A stretch of DNA of 63,441 bases, counting the filler, from Reclinomonas americana ATCC 50394 (lineage: Eukaryota): NCBI GenBank assembly GCA_048213135.1. It is 5 parts of 3 records of this genome, joined end to end, with 100 filler letters (N's around TTAATTAATTAA, not from the genome) between each part and the next. Parts side by side here need not be neighbours in the genome. Positions count along the whole stretch, not along the records: positions 1 to 25,680 come from PS015517.1; positions 25,781 to 50,902 come from PS015517.1; 3 more parts are not named here. One strand, given 5' to 3'. Made by a program: the position numbers and the translations under genes. The notes beneath the pieces were generated by a model, which worked only from the letters and a program-made list of their open reading frames with translations, was not told where the DNA came from and searched no databases. Shown in pieces: positions 24,745 through 37,800 of this stretch (its first letter is position 1; the number at the start of each line of letters is the position of its first letter).

Positions 24745-26301
24745 ATGACTGCGGCTCCGCTAAAGGCCTCGGCGGATCCCTTTGATTTCTATCACACCCG
24801 CTCCGCCGCCACCTTCACGTACGTCAAGCCGCTGGAGAGCAAGCCGGTGGCGAAGCGCTCAGGCTACTCGGCCAACGAACCAGGGCCACAAGATCCCACC
24901 TCGTATGTGAGCGATGCACGTGTGCCGAGCATGCCCTCGAGGTGCGTGTGTGCAATCTGCCCTCGACAGTCGTGAGTGTCACACTGCTCATTGCGCGCAT
25001 GTGTGCAGGCCGGCGCCAACAGTGAATCCACTCATCGACCTGGTCAGCGAGGCCACTGTGCGCGCACAGTCCACAGCGCATGCGGCATATGCGTGAGTCC
25101 ATCCTTGCTTCTCACACTTCTCGTCCACTCTGCTCACTCTTTCTCTCAAATCCGCTCTGCTGCAGTCCACGCACGGCCGTGGTGAGTTATACAGATGCAC
25201 TCTTCCATCGCACACACTCGTTCTCATCCCACGTCTCGCGCACGTAGGCAAGACACGCTCCGGTGTACGACAACACCGGCTACTCACTGGAGACGATGAA
25301 GCAGCCGTACGGCGATCGGACAAGGAGCATCATGCGACCGTGGGGTGCACCAGAGCCCGTGCTTGTCAAGATGAAGAAGAGCGATCCCATTGAATCGGAG
25401 AACGCTGGCAAGGTGCGTCGCCTCGCCTCACGGACGCTCTCACCTCGTTGCGCCTCTTCTCATCCCCCTCTCCTGCAGGGTCCGTCACCAATGTCCACCA
25501 CATTCGGCACACACTTCCTTGCCGACCAACCACTCATTCGCCGTCGCCACTCGGAGAGTCCGACACGACGCACGAAAGCCACCGACATGACCGCCAGTGG
25601 ATATGCCTCGTTTCGTACCGCATGCAGATCAACTCCCTCTTCTCCACCCCCAGCACTTCTCACATCGACCACAGAAACTCNNNNNNNNNNNNNNNNNNNN
25701 NNNNNNNNNNNNNNNNNNNNNNNNTTAATTAATTAANNNNNNNNNNNNNNNNNNNNNNNNNNNNNNNNNNNNNNNNNNNNGTCACTGGCGCCCCTGGGCT
25801 CGCCCGCGGGAACCATGCGCACCTCGTATCAGGAGTCGTTCGTCAATCCGCGAGACAAGTCGCCCACCGGACGCGTGACCCCAGGCTCCCTCCGCAGCAC
25901 CCGTCCAACTGCATACTCGCGCCTCCGTTCACATTCGTGGGATCGGAGCCGCCCACTGTCGGTGAGGCGGCACCATCCTCCACAAGCTCGCCCCTTCTCC
26001 CCTCTTTCCTCACATCCTCGCCATCCACAGATCCCAGCGAGCTGCACCCGTCGGTGCTGAAGCGCATCCGATGGAAGAGCCCGGTCGAGTACGCCACCAT
26101 TGTGAACCCGAATCCGTTCACCACTCTCAACGCCACCACCTACACCATGCCCAAGGAGCAGCAGCCGCGTGAGCCTCTCACCGGCTCAGTGTCGCCAGTG
26201 AAGAACCGACGCGGACCAATGTCCGGCTTCTCCAGCAACACTGGCGGCCTGGATCTGACCGCTGGCGCCCACTCGCCGGCCGGCGCCATGCTCAGCACGG
26301 C
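24745..26301 (+). CDS. PPP1R32: SAXO4/PPP1R32-like ciliary microtubule inner protein (3' end lost in a gap)
   Basis: Motifs DPFDFYHTRSAATF, SGYSAN and KKSDPIESENAGK|GPSPMSTTFGTHF resemble recalled PPP1R32 motifs (DPLKFYATSY, TGYKSN, DPLERENFRHGPRFMTSEY). Repeated T(S/T)Y and SGF/SGY motifs and LHPSV are also present. Many short GT-AG introns. Confidence 0.65.
25681..25780. other. Artificial scaffolding linker N44-TTAATTAATTAA-N44 (also at 50903-51002, 54096-54195 and 58934-59033)
   Basis: An identical 12-mer carrying stops in all six frames sits at the centre of 100-nt gaps four times. Confidence 0.95.
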
Positions 26302-27400
26302 NNNNNNNNNNNNNNNNNNNNNNNNNNNNNNNNNNNNNNNNNNNNNNNNNNNNNNNNNNNNNNNNNNNNNNNNNNNNNNNNNNNNNNNNNNNNNNNNNNN
26401 NNNNNNNNNNNNNNNNNNNNNNNNNNNNNNNNNNNNNNNNNNNNNNNNNNNNNNNNNNNNNNNNNNNNNNNNNNNNNNNNNNNNNNNNNNNNNNNNNNNN
26501 NNNNNNNNNNNNNNNNNNNNNNNNNNNNNNNNNNNNNNNNNNNNNNNNNNNNNNNNNNNNNNNNNNNNNNNNNNNNNNNNNNNNNNNNNNNNNNNNNNNN
26601 NNNNNNNNNNNNNNNNNNNNNNNNNNNNNNNNNNNNNNNNNNNNNNNNNNNNNNNNNNNNNNNNNNNNNNNNNNNNNNNNNNNNNNNNNNNNNNNNNNNN
26701 NNNNNNNNNNNNNNNNNNNNNNNNNNNNNNNNNNNNNNNNNNNNNNNNNNNNNNNNNNNNNNNNNNNNNNNNNNNNNNNNNNNNNNNNNNNNNNNNNNNN
26801 NNNNNNNNNNNNNNNNNNNNNNNNNNNNNNNNNNNNNNNNNNNNNNNNNNNNNNNNNNNNNNNNNNNNNNNNNNNNNNNNNNNNNNNNNNNNNNNNNNNN
26901 NNNNNNNNNNNNNNNNNNNNNNNNNNNNNNNNNNNNNNNNNNNNNNNNNNNNNNNNNNNNNNNNNNNNNNNNNNNNNNNNNNNNNNNNNNNNNNNNNNNN
27001 NNNNNNNNNNNNNNNNNNNNNNNNNNNNNNNNNNNNNNNNNNNNNNNNNNNNNNNNNNNNNNNNNNNNNNNNNNNNNNNNNNNNNNNNNNNTTTTCTCCT
27101 TGTGTGGACTGCTCTTCTTTCTCATCAAGTGTACATTTTTGTTGGGTGGAAAGTTTGCCGCTGAAGAGCACTCTATCAATCAATCGAGGAGTAAGAATCA
27201 AAAGAAATAAGGGGAAAAACCGACATGGATACAAGGGAAGAAAACGGGGTGAGGGATGCGGAAGAAATAAGAAAACAAGGGCATCATCGTACACACATCC
27301 CACCCCAGAGACACACATGATGACGCACTTCGCGAGAGCGTCCATGGTAACTAACACACACACTAGGTACAAAAAAAAAGACAACATCATCACCACCCGC

Positions 27401-28944
27401 TCATGCACGAGTACCGGCGGCGACCGCCTGCGCCGTAGCCGCCGGCATTTTAGGTGTACAGTGCGCGGCGGGAGTCGCACGATCATTCTCCGGCGCCTTG
27501 GGGAGCGGCATGCGCGGCGGACCCGACGTACGCATAACAAACATACTGGCCGCGCGCGTGCGCAGCAACCCCGACGTCGCCTGCGACAGCGTCCCCGCCA
27601 GCCCACCACTCGGCACCGGCGCTGTTGCCGACGACGACGGCGGCGACTGCTCAAACACCGCCGGGACGACTGCAGTCGGCGACGACGGCGACGGCTTTGG
27701 CAGGCTCGTCGGCGGCGGTGGCGGCAAGTGCTCATTGGGNNNNNNNNNNNNNNNNNNNNNNNNNNNNNNNNNNNNNNNNNNNNNNNNNNNNNNNNNNNNN
27801 NNNNNNNNNNNNNNNNNNNNNNNNNNNNNNNNNNNNNNNNNNNNNNNNNNNNNNNNNNNNNNNNNNNNNNNNNNNNNNNNNNNNNNNNNNNNNNNNNNNN
27901 NNNNNNNNNNNNNNNNNNNNNNNNNNNNNNNNNNNNNNNNNNNNNNNNNNNNNNNNNNNNNNNNNNNNNNNNNNNNNNNNNNNNNNNNNNNNNNNNNNNN
28001 NNNNNNNNNNNNNNNNNNNNNNNNNNNNNNNNNNNNNNNNNNNNNNNNNNNNNNNNNNNNNNNNNNNNNNNNNNNNNNNNNNNNNNNNNNNNNNNNNNNN
28101 NNNNNNCGCCACCACGCGACGTCGGAACGAGGCCGCCAGTGGCGAGTTGCGTGACAAACCGCCGCCTCCACTCGCCGCCGCCGCCGCCGCCGCCGCCGCA
28201 GTTGCAGCCAGCGGACTTGATGACGACGACGCCGATGAAGCCGGCGAGCGCAGTGGCGAGTCAATCGACGATGATCGACCGTGACTGTTACCGCTGCCTC
28301 CGCCACTGGAGCGCGATGGCGGAGATGAGGCCTTGAAGGGCGGCGGTGGCGGCTGCGTCGGCATGGCCATGGGAAGCGACGCACGGCGACCCTCTGTCAT
28401 CATGTGCGCCGGCAACGAGGATGCTGGTGGCGCCGCTGGCGGAGTTGGTGATCCACGCAGGCTCTCACGCGGAGGCGGAGTCGATGAGGCGCTCGAGGCC
28501 GCCGACGATGCTGCTGATACTGCCGCCGCGGCTGTTTGCGTGTGTGAGAGAGTCGGTCAGTCATCTCGCTCTCGCCATGCTCACTCCCTCCCACGACACA
28601 GACGCACGTTTCTTTGCCACTGGCGCCACTGGGAGCTGACTCGGGTGCGCAGGAGGCGAGCTGGAGCGTGGCTTGGTGGAGGGAGCCGATGATGATGATG
28701 ATGACAGCGGGGCAGCAGCAGTGACAGTGGCGGTGGAGGAGGCCACATGTGCTGCTGGTGGCTGCGTGCCGCTCACTGTTGTTGTTGTTGTCGTTGTCGT
28801 GGACGAGGCGGTGACAGTGGTTGCAGAGGTGATGGCCGCAGGTGATCGCCTCCGACGGCGCATGCGCCACAGCATGTACAATGCAATCGCTGCGATGGCT
28901 GCAGCACCGCCCGCCAGCAGCAATCGCACGCTGAGGCGGCTCAT
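27401..28944 (-). CDS. Low-complexity Ser/Pro/Ala-rich protein with an N-terminal signal-anchor
   Basis: MSRLSVRLLLAGGAAAIAAIALYMLWRMRRRRRS is a hydrophobic helix followed by a basic cluster. Short GTGCGT intron near 28540-28607. The gene spans an N gap and probably stops at 27401. Confidence 0.6.
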
Positions 28945-29398
28945 GTGTGTCTCTCTTTCTTTTCTACTCTAAACCCTCTCTCTATGATCACCGCCTTGCG
29001 CGCGCGCCGACCGGATAAAATCTTTGTCCAATTGTTTTGTGCGCGGCTCGCGAATGAATCACTGCCAAATTTGGAAACACCTGACGCAAGTTGAAGCGGG
29101 TAGCCTGCACAGCAACGGCCATGATGGACGACTTGTGGCATTTCGGTGATGAAGCAAACCCCTGGGTCAATACAGTGGGGGGGGGGGGGAGGTGGAAGAG
29201 AGAGAGAGTGGAAGAGCGTGAATCCAGATCATAGAGGCAGTTGCCAAGCTGCAACGTGACAAGCTGGATGAGCTGAGCCTTTCATCACATGGATGGTCAA
29301 GGAAGAGTGAGAGTGCATTCCAAGAGAATGTTGCATGCCAAGCAATTCTTTCACTCGTGTCGCTGCGCAACGTGGTTTAGTTCGCCTGCTGCCAGCTG

Positions 29399-31756
29399 TC
29401 ACTTTGCAAACCAGTTCACCACCTCGCGCACCGCCATGCTGCCGTGTTCAGTGAGTGCAAGTTTGCCTGCAATTGTGTGGTGTGGATCGAGTCAGTCAAC
29501 CTTCTGACCCACGCCCTGCGCTGCGCATGCGCCACTCACCCTGCTGGTTCACTGTCTTCAACACCACAAAGAACAAGTCCTCCTGCGTCGACACCACCGC
29601 CGGCACCAGTGCTGCACGCGCCGCTGGCACAAGGGACGCCACGTGCGCTTCGTCCACCAGGAGAACCAGCGTCGATCGTCCGTCCATGAGGTTCACTGTG
29701 CGTCGTTGTCAGCACACAGACAGACAGCCACCCTGTCGCGAAGGCACTCAAGCTCACCGTTCTTCTCAGCTGCGACACTTGCAATCATCGCAGCGTCAAT
29801 GGCACCACGGCCGACAACATCTTGCACCAGCACCACGCCGACAGCCGGACCGGCACCGGCTGCACCGCCGCTCCAGTCCCAGCCAACGCTGCTGCCGTGC
29901 CGCATGGCAAGCTGCACCTTGACGGCATCGAACGCAGGCGACGATTGACCAGCTGCGGCGCCGTTGATCACCTTTACGGAGGGGAACACGCGTCGCTCAC
30001 GATCAGCGGCACCGCCGGCTCGTGCCACGAAGAGCGGAACTGCTGGCATTGACGGAGCCGGCTCGACAACCACTCGCGCTTGTCGTGCTCGGTCGCGCGC
30101 CGCCAGCTCCAAAAGACCGCGCTTGCACTCACCCAGTCGTTCGAGCATGCTCTTGTCGCGGTTGTCTGCCGACGGCCGTCCGAGAAGCTCTTCCTGGAAT
30201 TCAACACTGGCCACAACGATGTCGTGGTGTAGATATCGAAGGAGGTAATCCACGCGCGTTGTCATATCTGCGCCTGGTTCTGCCTCACCGCAACCGTACG
30301 CCATTTCGCACAGATTGACTGCTCCCTCCACCCGTGGCACCCAGCTCGTTTCCGCTTCCGCCCTCACTCGGGCAAGCTCCTTACCCGCTGCTTGAAGTGT
30401 CTCTCGCAGCGTTTGCTCGAGCTCGCAGTTGTCGTGGACGCCGGAGTCCTGGTCAGCGGTGCATGACCGCCAACGATTGAGATCCACGTCCGCGTAAAAG
30501 TCGAGGCGAATCAGCCGCTCCATTACACACAGGAGCACAGCGCCACGCTCCTCCAGTACTTTTTTGTTCTTGGCGGCTGCGTCTTCGAGCACCTGCTTGT
30601 CCTTGTTGAGCTGTTCCACTGTGCTGCGGAGTGTGGTGACGCGCTCGTCCAAGGTCTTGCACTCTGCTTGTGTCTCCACGAGCAGACGCCGCTGCTCCGC
30701 TCGTGCAGCCTCCTCCTCCGCCATCTCCACGGCTGCGGCAAGTTGCGTCTCCAACGTGACCACCTGTGCCTTCAGTCGCTCGATACAGTCGTCCGCTGCC
30801 GCGACCCCACCACAAAGCTCCAAATGCTGCGCTTGCAGCTGCTCGTTGATGCATTGCATGTTGTGAAGGTCGATCGTGAGTAACTTGATGGTGTTCTCGG
30901 CATCGTCTAGTTGCTTCTCGTGTTGTTGGCGCATGGTCTCCAGACACTTGTCGCTCTCCTCCGCAACTGTAATCACTTTCGTGCCGAGTTCAACGTAGTC
31001 GAGCCGCAGTTGTTGCAGTTCAAGTTGCAGTCGGTCACGATCATCACGGAGGCCGTCAAATTCGGATTTCAGCCTGTCTCTCTCGCCTGTCAACTTGTCC
31101 ATCGTCTCCTGCAACTCGACACGGAGGTCGTCAACGGCAACCGCCAGTTCGTCTCTCTCGTGTTGTGCTGCGAGTCGCATCCGATACTCCTCATCTGGTG
31201 ACTGCTGGGGCGGCTCACGAACAAGAATGCGATTGACCTGACACTTGAGCTGCTCGTCGTCGACTACGTCGTGCGCCGCACTTACTCGCCACTCGTGATG
31301 ACCAGCCTGATCGACCACATAGAACTGCGCGCACAGTAGCACATCAGCGTCTCGTTCAAGGGGCTGCAGACAAGCCAGCACACATGCACACACACACCCC
31401 GATGTGATAATCTCCAAACTCCAAATTTAACTTGACTTGCCAGCGCTGCTTTCCTGGCACGTACCGCAGCTTCTTGACCCCTTCAACTTGATCACACTCG
31501 TACTCTACGACAGGCCTCACTGATGCCCACGCTCCTGTCGTGGCCTTTTTGAAAAATGCGAACACTGTGTCGGAAGAATGCTTGTCATCATCAGCCACCA
31601 CCATGACAGATGACAGGCTAACGTACCTTTGCTGAGTGCCAAACCCGGCTCTCCGCGCTTAGGCGTGTAAATCGCTTTGACTATCATTTGCAAACGCTCG
31701 CTAAGTGGGCAACAGACAACAAATTGTATGCTGTCCGTCCTGTCAATGCCTGACAT
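29399..31756 (-). CDS. Long coiled-coil protein with a small beta-rich N-terminal domain and an alpha/beta C-terminal domain
   Basis: A 574-aa ORF (29693-31417) with heptad periodicity. Upstream exons …ALSK|VFAFFKK… use a GTACGT donor. Downstream exons join via GTGAGC (about 29757) and GTGAGT (about 29539) donors to …AVREVVNWFAK* at 29399. The start could be 31756 or 31687. Confidence 0.7.
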
Positions 31757-31846
31757 AAATGAAATCCGGCAAGCCCGAGTGTTTCGGGAAACGAGCCACA
31801 GATGTCGCTATCGAACAAACGCGCTCGACACGTGCAACACACAGAA

Positions 31847-34800
31847 CTACTCTTCCGGATCCGATTGGTGTGGTGGCTCAACTGATGGCGAACGGGTGGC
31901 AACTCACTCTCTCCTAACCTGAACATACTCCCTGTCTGTCTGTCTCTCTCCCCTCAACCCACTCCGACACCCTCTCCATCTCGCCCTTCTCCCTCTCCCC
32001 CACCCCCGTGACAGACAAACCGCAAAAGATTATATTGTAAGTAATCGCATAACTTGCAAAATCGCTTCCACCTCTCCGCTGCGTCAACCGTGTGCCGTGC
32101 CGATCGTAACCTCCTGCACACACTCCATCATGAGTGCACAACAAACACACCCACGCACACCTCGCACGACTCCCACACTGAACCTTGGTGCCACCCAGCG
32201 TGTCGTCTTGCACGCCATTGACATAGAACGGCACGTTCGCCACCGCAGCATTGTTGCACGAGTCCAGCACGTACATGTACAGGCTGCGTGCAGAACGCAT
32301 GTCAGCGGACAGACAAGAGTGTGTGAGGGAGAAAGAGAAAAAGAAAGAGGAGAGAGAAATGTTGCCCCCGTATAGTGCCAAGTATCCACGATAGAGCACA
32401 TCATTGGCTTGGTATGGAGTGAATAAGAGCAGATTGATCTTGGCCATCTAGGTCGCTGATAACCGCACTGAAGAACGGCTGCCAGCTGATGAGAGGCCGC
32501 AGGAAAAGGGCAAAGGAAGAGTGGAGAAAATGGAATGCGAAGTGCACAAGCGAGCGTGTCAGCTTCTCCAGATTGAACAGGGAGCAGAGAGAAATAGCAT
32601 GAAGGAGAGAGAGAGAGAGGAGTAGGATGACTGCATATGTGCGAGGGCAAGAGAGAGCACTGCAATCTTTCGCTCGCAGTGTAGTGCCGCGCAAAAGGAG
32701 AGAGAGAGAGACAGCACTACAATTTTCACAGGGAGAGTGTGATGGACGACGGCGGCAACATGGCGTGCACAAGACAAGAGACAGCACTGCAGTTTCCACG
32801 AAGAGTAAGAAGACAAAGTGACATGCATAAGACAGTAAAGAGCACAGGGAGAGTGAGAACGATGAGTGCAACTTGACATGCAAAAGAGACAGCACTGCTA
32901 TGCCACATGAAACGTATGAAGGCAAAGTGACATGCAAAAGACAATAAACAGCACTACTATCGCCACAAGGAGAGTGCGAAGGAAGATGACTGCAACATGG
33001 CATGCACAAGACAAGAGACAGCACTTCAATTTCCACATGAAGAGTATGAAGGCAAAGTGATATGCACAAGACAATAAACAGCACTACTACCTCCACAGAG
33101 AGAGTGAGAACGATGAGTGCAACGTGATATGTGAAAGACAATAGACAGCCGTGCAATGTTGTGCAATGAGAACGCTTGTAAAGTGGAATGCAAAGCGCAG
33201 AAGTCTGCCTATCATTCGCCTTCACTCCACAGCGACAAAGAAAACTGATCTGTTTTCAAGCCACTCTCCGCTGCTTTCAATATTTCAGCACTCCTCTAAA
33301 TCAGCGCACTAGTACCTCCCTGCAACAATTTCTTTCAACTTTTGTTCCCTCGCGCATGTGCCAGTGCATGCGTCCCATCATAATGTGCACCACCTTTCTG
33401 GTCCTCTAACTGCATTCGCTCATGTTCTTCTGCTTTTCCTGCTTCACTACATTGCACCGTTCGCTCTCTCTCTCCCCCTTCTCCTTCTCCTTTCCCTCCT
33501 CCCTTCCCTCCTCTCTTCCCTACTCCCTCCCTCCTCCCTTTCCCCTCTCCTTTTCCCCGTTTCTCACCGATACTTCCACGGCCGCGACGGCACCAAGAAC
33601 GTCACACGGTGATGATTGTCCTCGCCCACCGGCACGACAGTGAAATCGTCGGGCCACTTTGACACGGCCGTATCGTCGCCGTGCGAACCGTCGGTGCGCA
33701 CCTGCCACGAGAAGCGCAGCGGACCGCAGCGCACATCGAACGAGTCGACCCATCCGTCGACTGTGTGCTGCGACAGCGGGTCGACCTTGTTGCGCGCCAG
33801 TGTGGGTGCCGTGATCGGCACATACCACAGCACGGGCGCTGATGTCCACGTGCCGGCAAACTCCCACGGAAGCTTCTGATCCTCGAGCCACAGAGAGCGG
33901 ATGGCGTCGAGAGGCTGCGTGCGCGGGTAGCCGCTGGCGATTTCCGGTGCAATCAGTCCCGAGTACCACGTAAAGGTGGCCATGTTGTCGTAGTACGCAT
34001 CCCTGTTGTGGGAGAGTGAGGTGAGCAGGTGGAGACACGGCAGACAAAGGCTGGGGGAGGAAACACACTGACACACTGACACACTGACACAGAGGGGCAC
34101 ACCAACACACTCTCTCTTTCTCTCTCACCAGATAAAGTGGAATGAGCCGAGAATTCTGGCGTCGAAACGTGTCGTCTGGTACGTTCTCCAAGCCTACAGG
34201 AGTTGTGGTGAGGAGAGTGGACAAGTGCTGAACGCACACATCTGTGGTCACACACCCATTCGGCCTTGTCGCGCGAGCTGCCTTCAATCGGGGATCCCCA
34301 AGTGGTCTACACGTCACAAGGAAACATGGTCAGTTAGCGATGCGAAGGGATAACTGCAGGTGGCACGCTTGGCACTCAACAAAGTCGGTCTCGCCGCCCC
34401 ACCAACCGGGCACGCCAACTACGCGAAACCAATAGATGAGTGGTGCAGAAAGAGAGTCTGGCGACGAGAGGCGACGTGTACGAAACACTCGGTGAGAATG
34501 TAGGCACCCTCGTAGCCCCACGCATCGAGCGTGAACAGCAAGTCGGGAGCGAGGCCGAAGGCACTGAGCACATTGTTGCGTGAGCGGAAAACTACGACGA
34601 TGCGTGGCGACAAATGGAACGAAACTTGCGACCGATAATGTCAACATGCGCAAGTGAATCCTGTACACACGCACGCCATGTAAGCAGGTGAGCAAATATG
34701 TAGCCTTGTCGCTCTCCGTGCCCCGCTTCTCACTCCTCTCTAACAAATCACTCCTACTTCATTCCCTATCTTCTGCTTTCAATAAACGTTCTCGCTCTCC

Positions 34801-37800
34801 TCTCTCTCTCTCTCTCATCCTCACTCTCCCATTGTCTCCTCCGCAAGGAATCCATTCCCTTTTCCACTCTCTCCTTTCACCTCCCAACAAACGTTCTCGC
34901 TCTCCTCCCTTCTCTTATCCTCGCCCTCCCATTATCTCCTCTCCACTCTGTCCTTTCCGCTATCAACCAAACATTCCCTCGCTCACTCTCCTTCTCTCTC
35001 GTCGTCTCTTCTCCAAGGAATCCCTTCCCTCTTCCACTCTCTCCTTTCCCCAACCAACTTGCCTTCAGCTCTGGTGTCACCGTCGCAATGACCGTTGACG
35101 TAAGCGTCACGTGCGACGGGTCCTCGGCCTTGACCATGGCAGCCAGACGCTCCACGGCCTTGAAGACACGACTGTGCTCCGAATGATCGGTCCACAGCTC
35201 CATCTGCAACAACGGAGTGAGTGCTTTTGTACTTGGAAAGACGTCTATGCATGGAATGCCATCAAACCTCATTGCCAACGTTCCACGCCAGCAGCTACGC
35301 GACAGGGTGTTAGAATCCACACATGGCAAACAACGCTGTGAGTGACTCCAACACAACTGCTGGGTGGTACTTCCAGCGCTTGACGACACCAATGGCCAGC
35401 TCGTCTTGCTGATCCTCGTACGGGCTTCCGGTGGTGTCTGCACAAGGTGAATGAGTTGCTGAGTACTTGCCACATAAAAAGCCGAGAACACGGGTGCCAC
35501 GCAACAGTTGAAGGCAGGGAACCGATCGGGAATCTTCTCCGGTTGCATCTTCAAGCCAATGACCACAGAGAGGCCGAAACTCTGCGCAATGTCGAGAATG
35601 TTCGGCGTGCCAGCCAGCTGGTCCGGATCGTACAGACGAATGGTGTTGCCACCGGAACTGCAATGAAAGAGGGATGATGAGCTCCACAAACACAGCTCAT
35701 TATCGTCTCTGATAACCCTCTGCTCCACTGAGCTCGCATTCCCTTGCTCGTTTGCTTGTGATATCTCCCTTCTCCCTTACCCTCTCCCCTCCCTTTCCCC
35801 TCCCTCACCGAGACAAATAATCGAGGGCCACTGGATTGTCGGTGACGGCACCATAAATGCGGAACGGCTGCTCGCACCGATACAACGTCCACGTGGTGCG
35901 TCCAAACTTGTCGGGCGCGCCCTTCTCCAGTCTCGAGTTGACGCGGCAGCCACCTACGCACACATCGAACTCGCCGCAGGCTCGCTCGCACTTGTCGCCA
36001 AACCAGCCGGCATTGCACTGGCACTTGGTGGGACTGAGCGCGCCGAGACCGCACGAACCATTGCCGTTCTGCACGTGGTTGCTGTCAGGGCAATGCGAGG
36101 CGCAGAGGCAAACGAGATAAAACACACGCAACGCATTGGACTTTCGGATCGCACTTGGAGCTGGCGCTGATGTCGCCGCCGGGTGGCACATAGTCGACGC
36201 CACCCACCGGCAGCAATCGGAACGCACGGTCCACGTACTGCAGACACGCACACGCCATCTTCAGCAGTCTTGCAAAAAAAAAAAACCGAAAGCTTGGCGC
36301 CCTCGTCACACACGCACCATTCCATTGCCCTTGTCGGTGCCTCGAATGACGAGTTGCAGGGGAACGCGATTGGCCGGCGGCATAAAGACTGAAATCAGAT
36401 TGCCGTTGGGGCCACTGAGCACCACAGAGTTGGCCGGAGACTGACTCTGAATGGTGAATGTGTGCTGATCGCCAGGCTCGTCCACTGCAGTGAGTTTGCC
36501 AATGATGGAGTCCTTGACGGCCGGGTACTGTGCGGAAAAGAACATCCATGTCAGTCAGCGTGTGTGCCACAGAATGCATCTCATGCCGATCCCTTCACTG
36601 CTACTCACCCAATACTCGACTGTCGACAGCAAAATATCCGTGGGCGCATTGTTGACTGCAGCCATGCAAAGTGAGTAAGTAATCCCAGCTCTCTCTCTCT
36701 CTCTCTCTCTCTCACAGATTCCGGCCCTAACGAAACTCGGAATGGCAAACTGCTTCTCGATAGTGAAGCTGGCGCTGTCGGTGCACCGCACACGAATGTG
36801 CAGCGGCGATTGGCGACCGCTGCTCAGCCACTGGCCGGCGGCGGCATGCACCGTGGTGTCGGACACCTGGAACAAATTGTTGTCGTTGCTGCCGTCGCCG
36901 CCCACGAGAGCGCACAGGAAGGTGTCGAAGAAATTCGGGTCCACCGGAATCAGACTGCCGACGATCGAGCCGCCGGCAATGGGCAACGGCAGTGGGCGCG
37001 GATAGGAGAGCAACTTGAGGCGCAAATCCAGTGGCGCAGTCGGAGTGGTGGTGTTGGTCAGCGGCAGCTCCTTGATGGTCAGGATCTTGTCGAGACGGCC
37101 ACCACCATTGTCGATGGTGGCACGGAAGTTGATCGACAAGTCACCGAACGGCGGCTGATCAATGATCAACGAGGTATTGTCTTGCGGCGAGAGCTTGACG
37201 GCGGTCTCGGGGAACTGGCCACGAATGGTGAATGTTGCCGTGTCGGTGGGAGCCAGTCCAACAGCCGTGAGCGAGCCGACAAAGAAACCGGCAGGCGGAT
37301 TGATGGGGTACGTGGTTGGCTTGACAGTGATGTCGGTCGGCGTCTTGCGACCCGACAACGTGGGGTCGATGAACGGGAGCGACAGTGCCTGCTCCAACCA
37401 CAGACCATCGCGGTCAGTCACGCGCACGCGCAGCTGCATCGGCGACGTGATGGAGCCAGACGGGATGCCAGTGCCGCCAGTGACCGTCACAAAGAGACCG
37501 TCGCTGTCCACAATGAACAGGCTGTTGTGCGTCGAACCGGCACCGGAAGCCAGTGAGTAGGTGAACTTCTCGTTCGAGTTGGCGTCGGTGGTGGTGAGGC
37601 CGAGGAGGCGCTGGCCAGGCAACAGCGGAAGCTGCAGCGGTGGGTCGTCAATGGCGTAGACCATTGCGGCGGGTGCGGTGGGTGCTGTGCGAGAAGAATG
37701 AGTTGGTGAATGAAGCAGGCGCGAGAATGGATGACAGACCTTCGCCCACGAGGAAGTCGGCCTCGCCGACGGCCCCGTTGGCATCGGTGACACGCACTCG

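Noticed and set aside
25725..25736. Palindromic TTAATTAATTAA seen four times (possible piggyBac-type TTAA site or regulatory element)
   Set aside because: It is always centred in N44…N44 gaps and is an all-frame-stop assembly linker.
31865..31910. tRNA A-box-like GGTGGCTCAACTG
   Set aside because: There is no cloverleaf or T-loop, and it overlaps the terminal coding exon on the opposite strand.
32370..32485. Extra exon MAKINLLLFTPYQ… in the hydrolase gene
   Set aside because: The phase-2 donor at 33567 joins directly to 32283 to give the conserved KYRLYMYV motif, so this segment is intronic.
32640..33165. CRISPR-like array (also 15170-15555, 46995-47310 and 56611-57635)
   Set aside because: The intervening sequences are homologous rather than unique spacers, the repeats are degenerate and irregularly spaced, there are no cas genes, and the context is eukaryotic intron or intergenic sequence.
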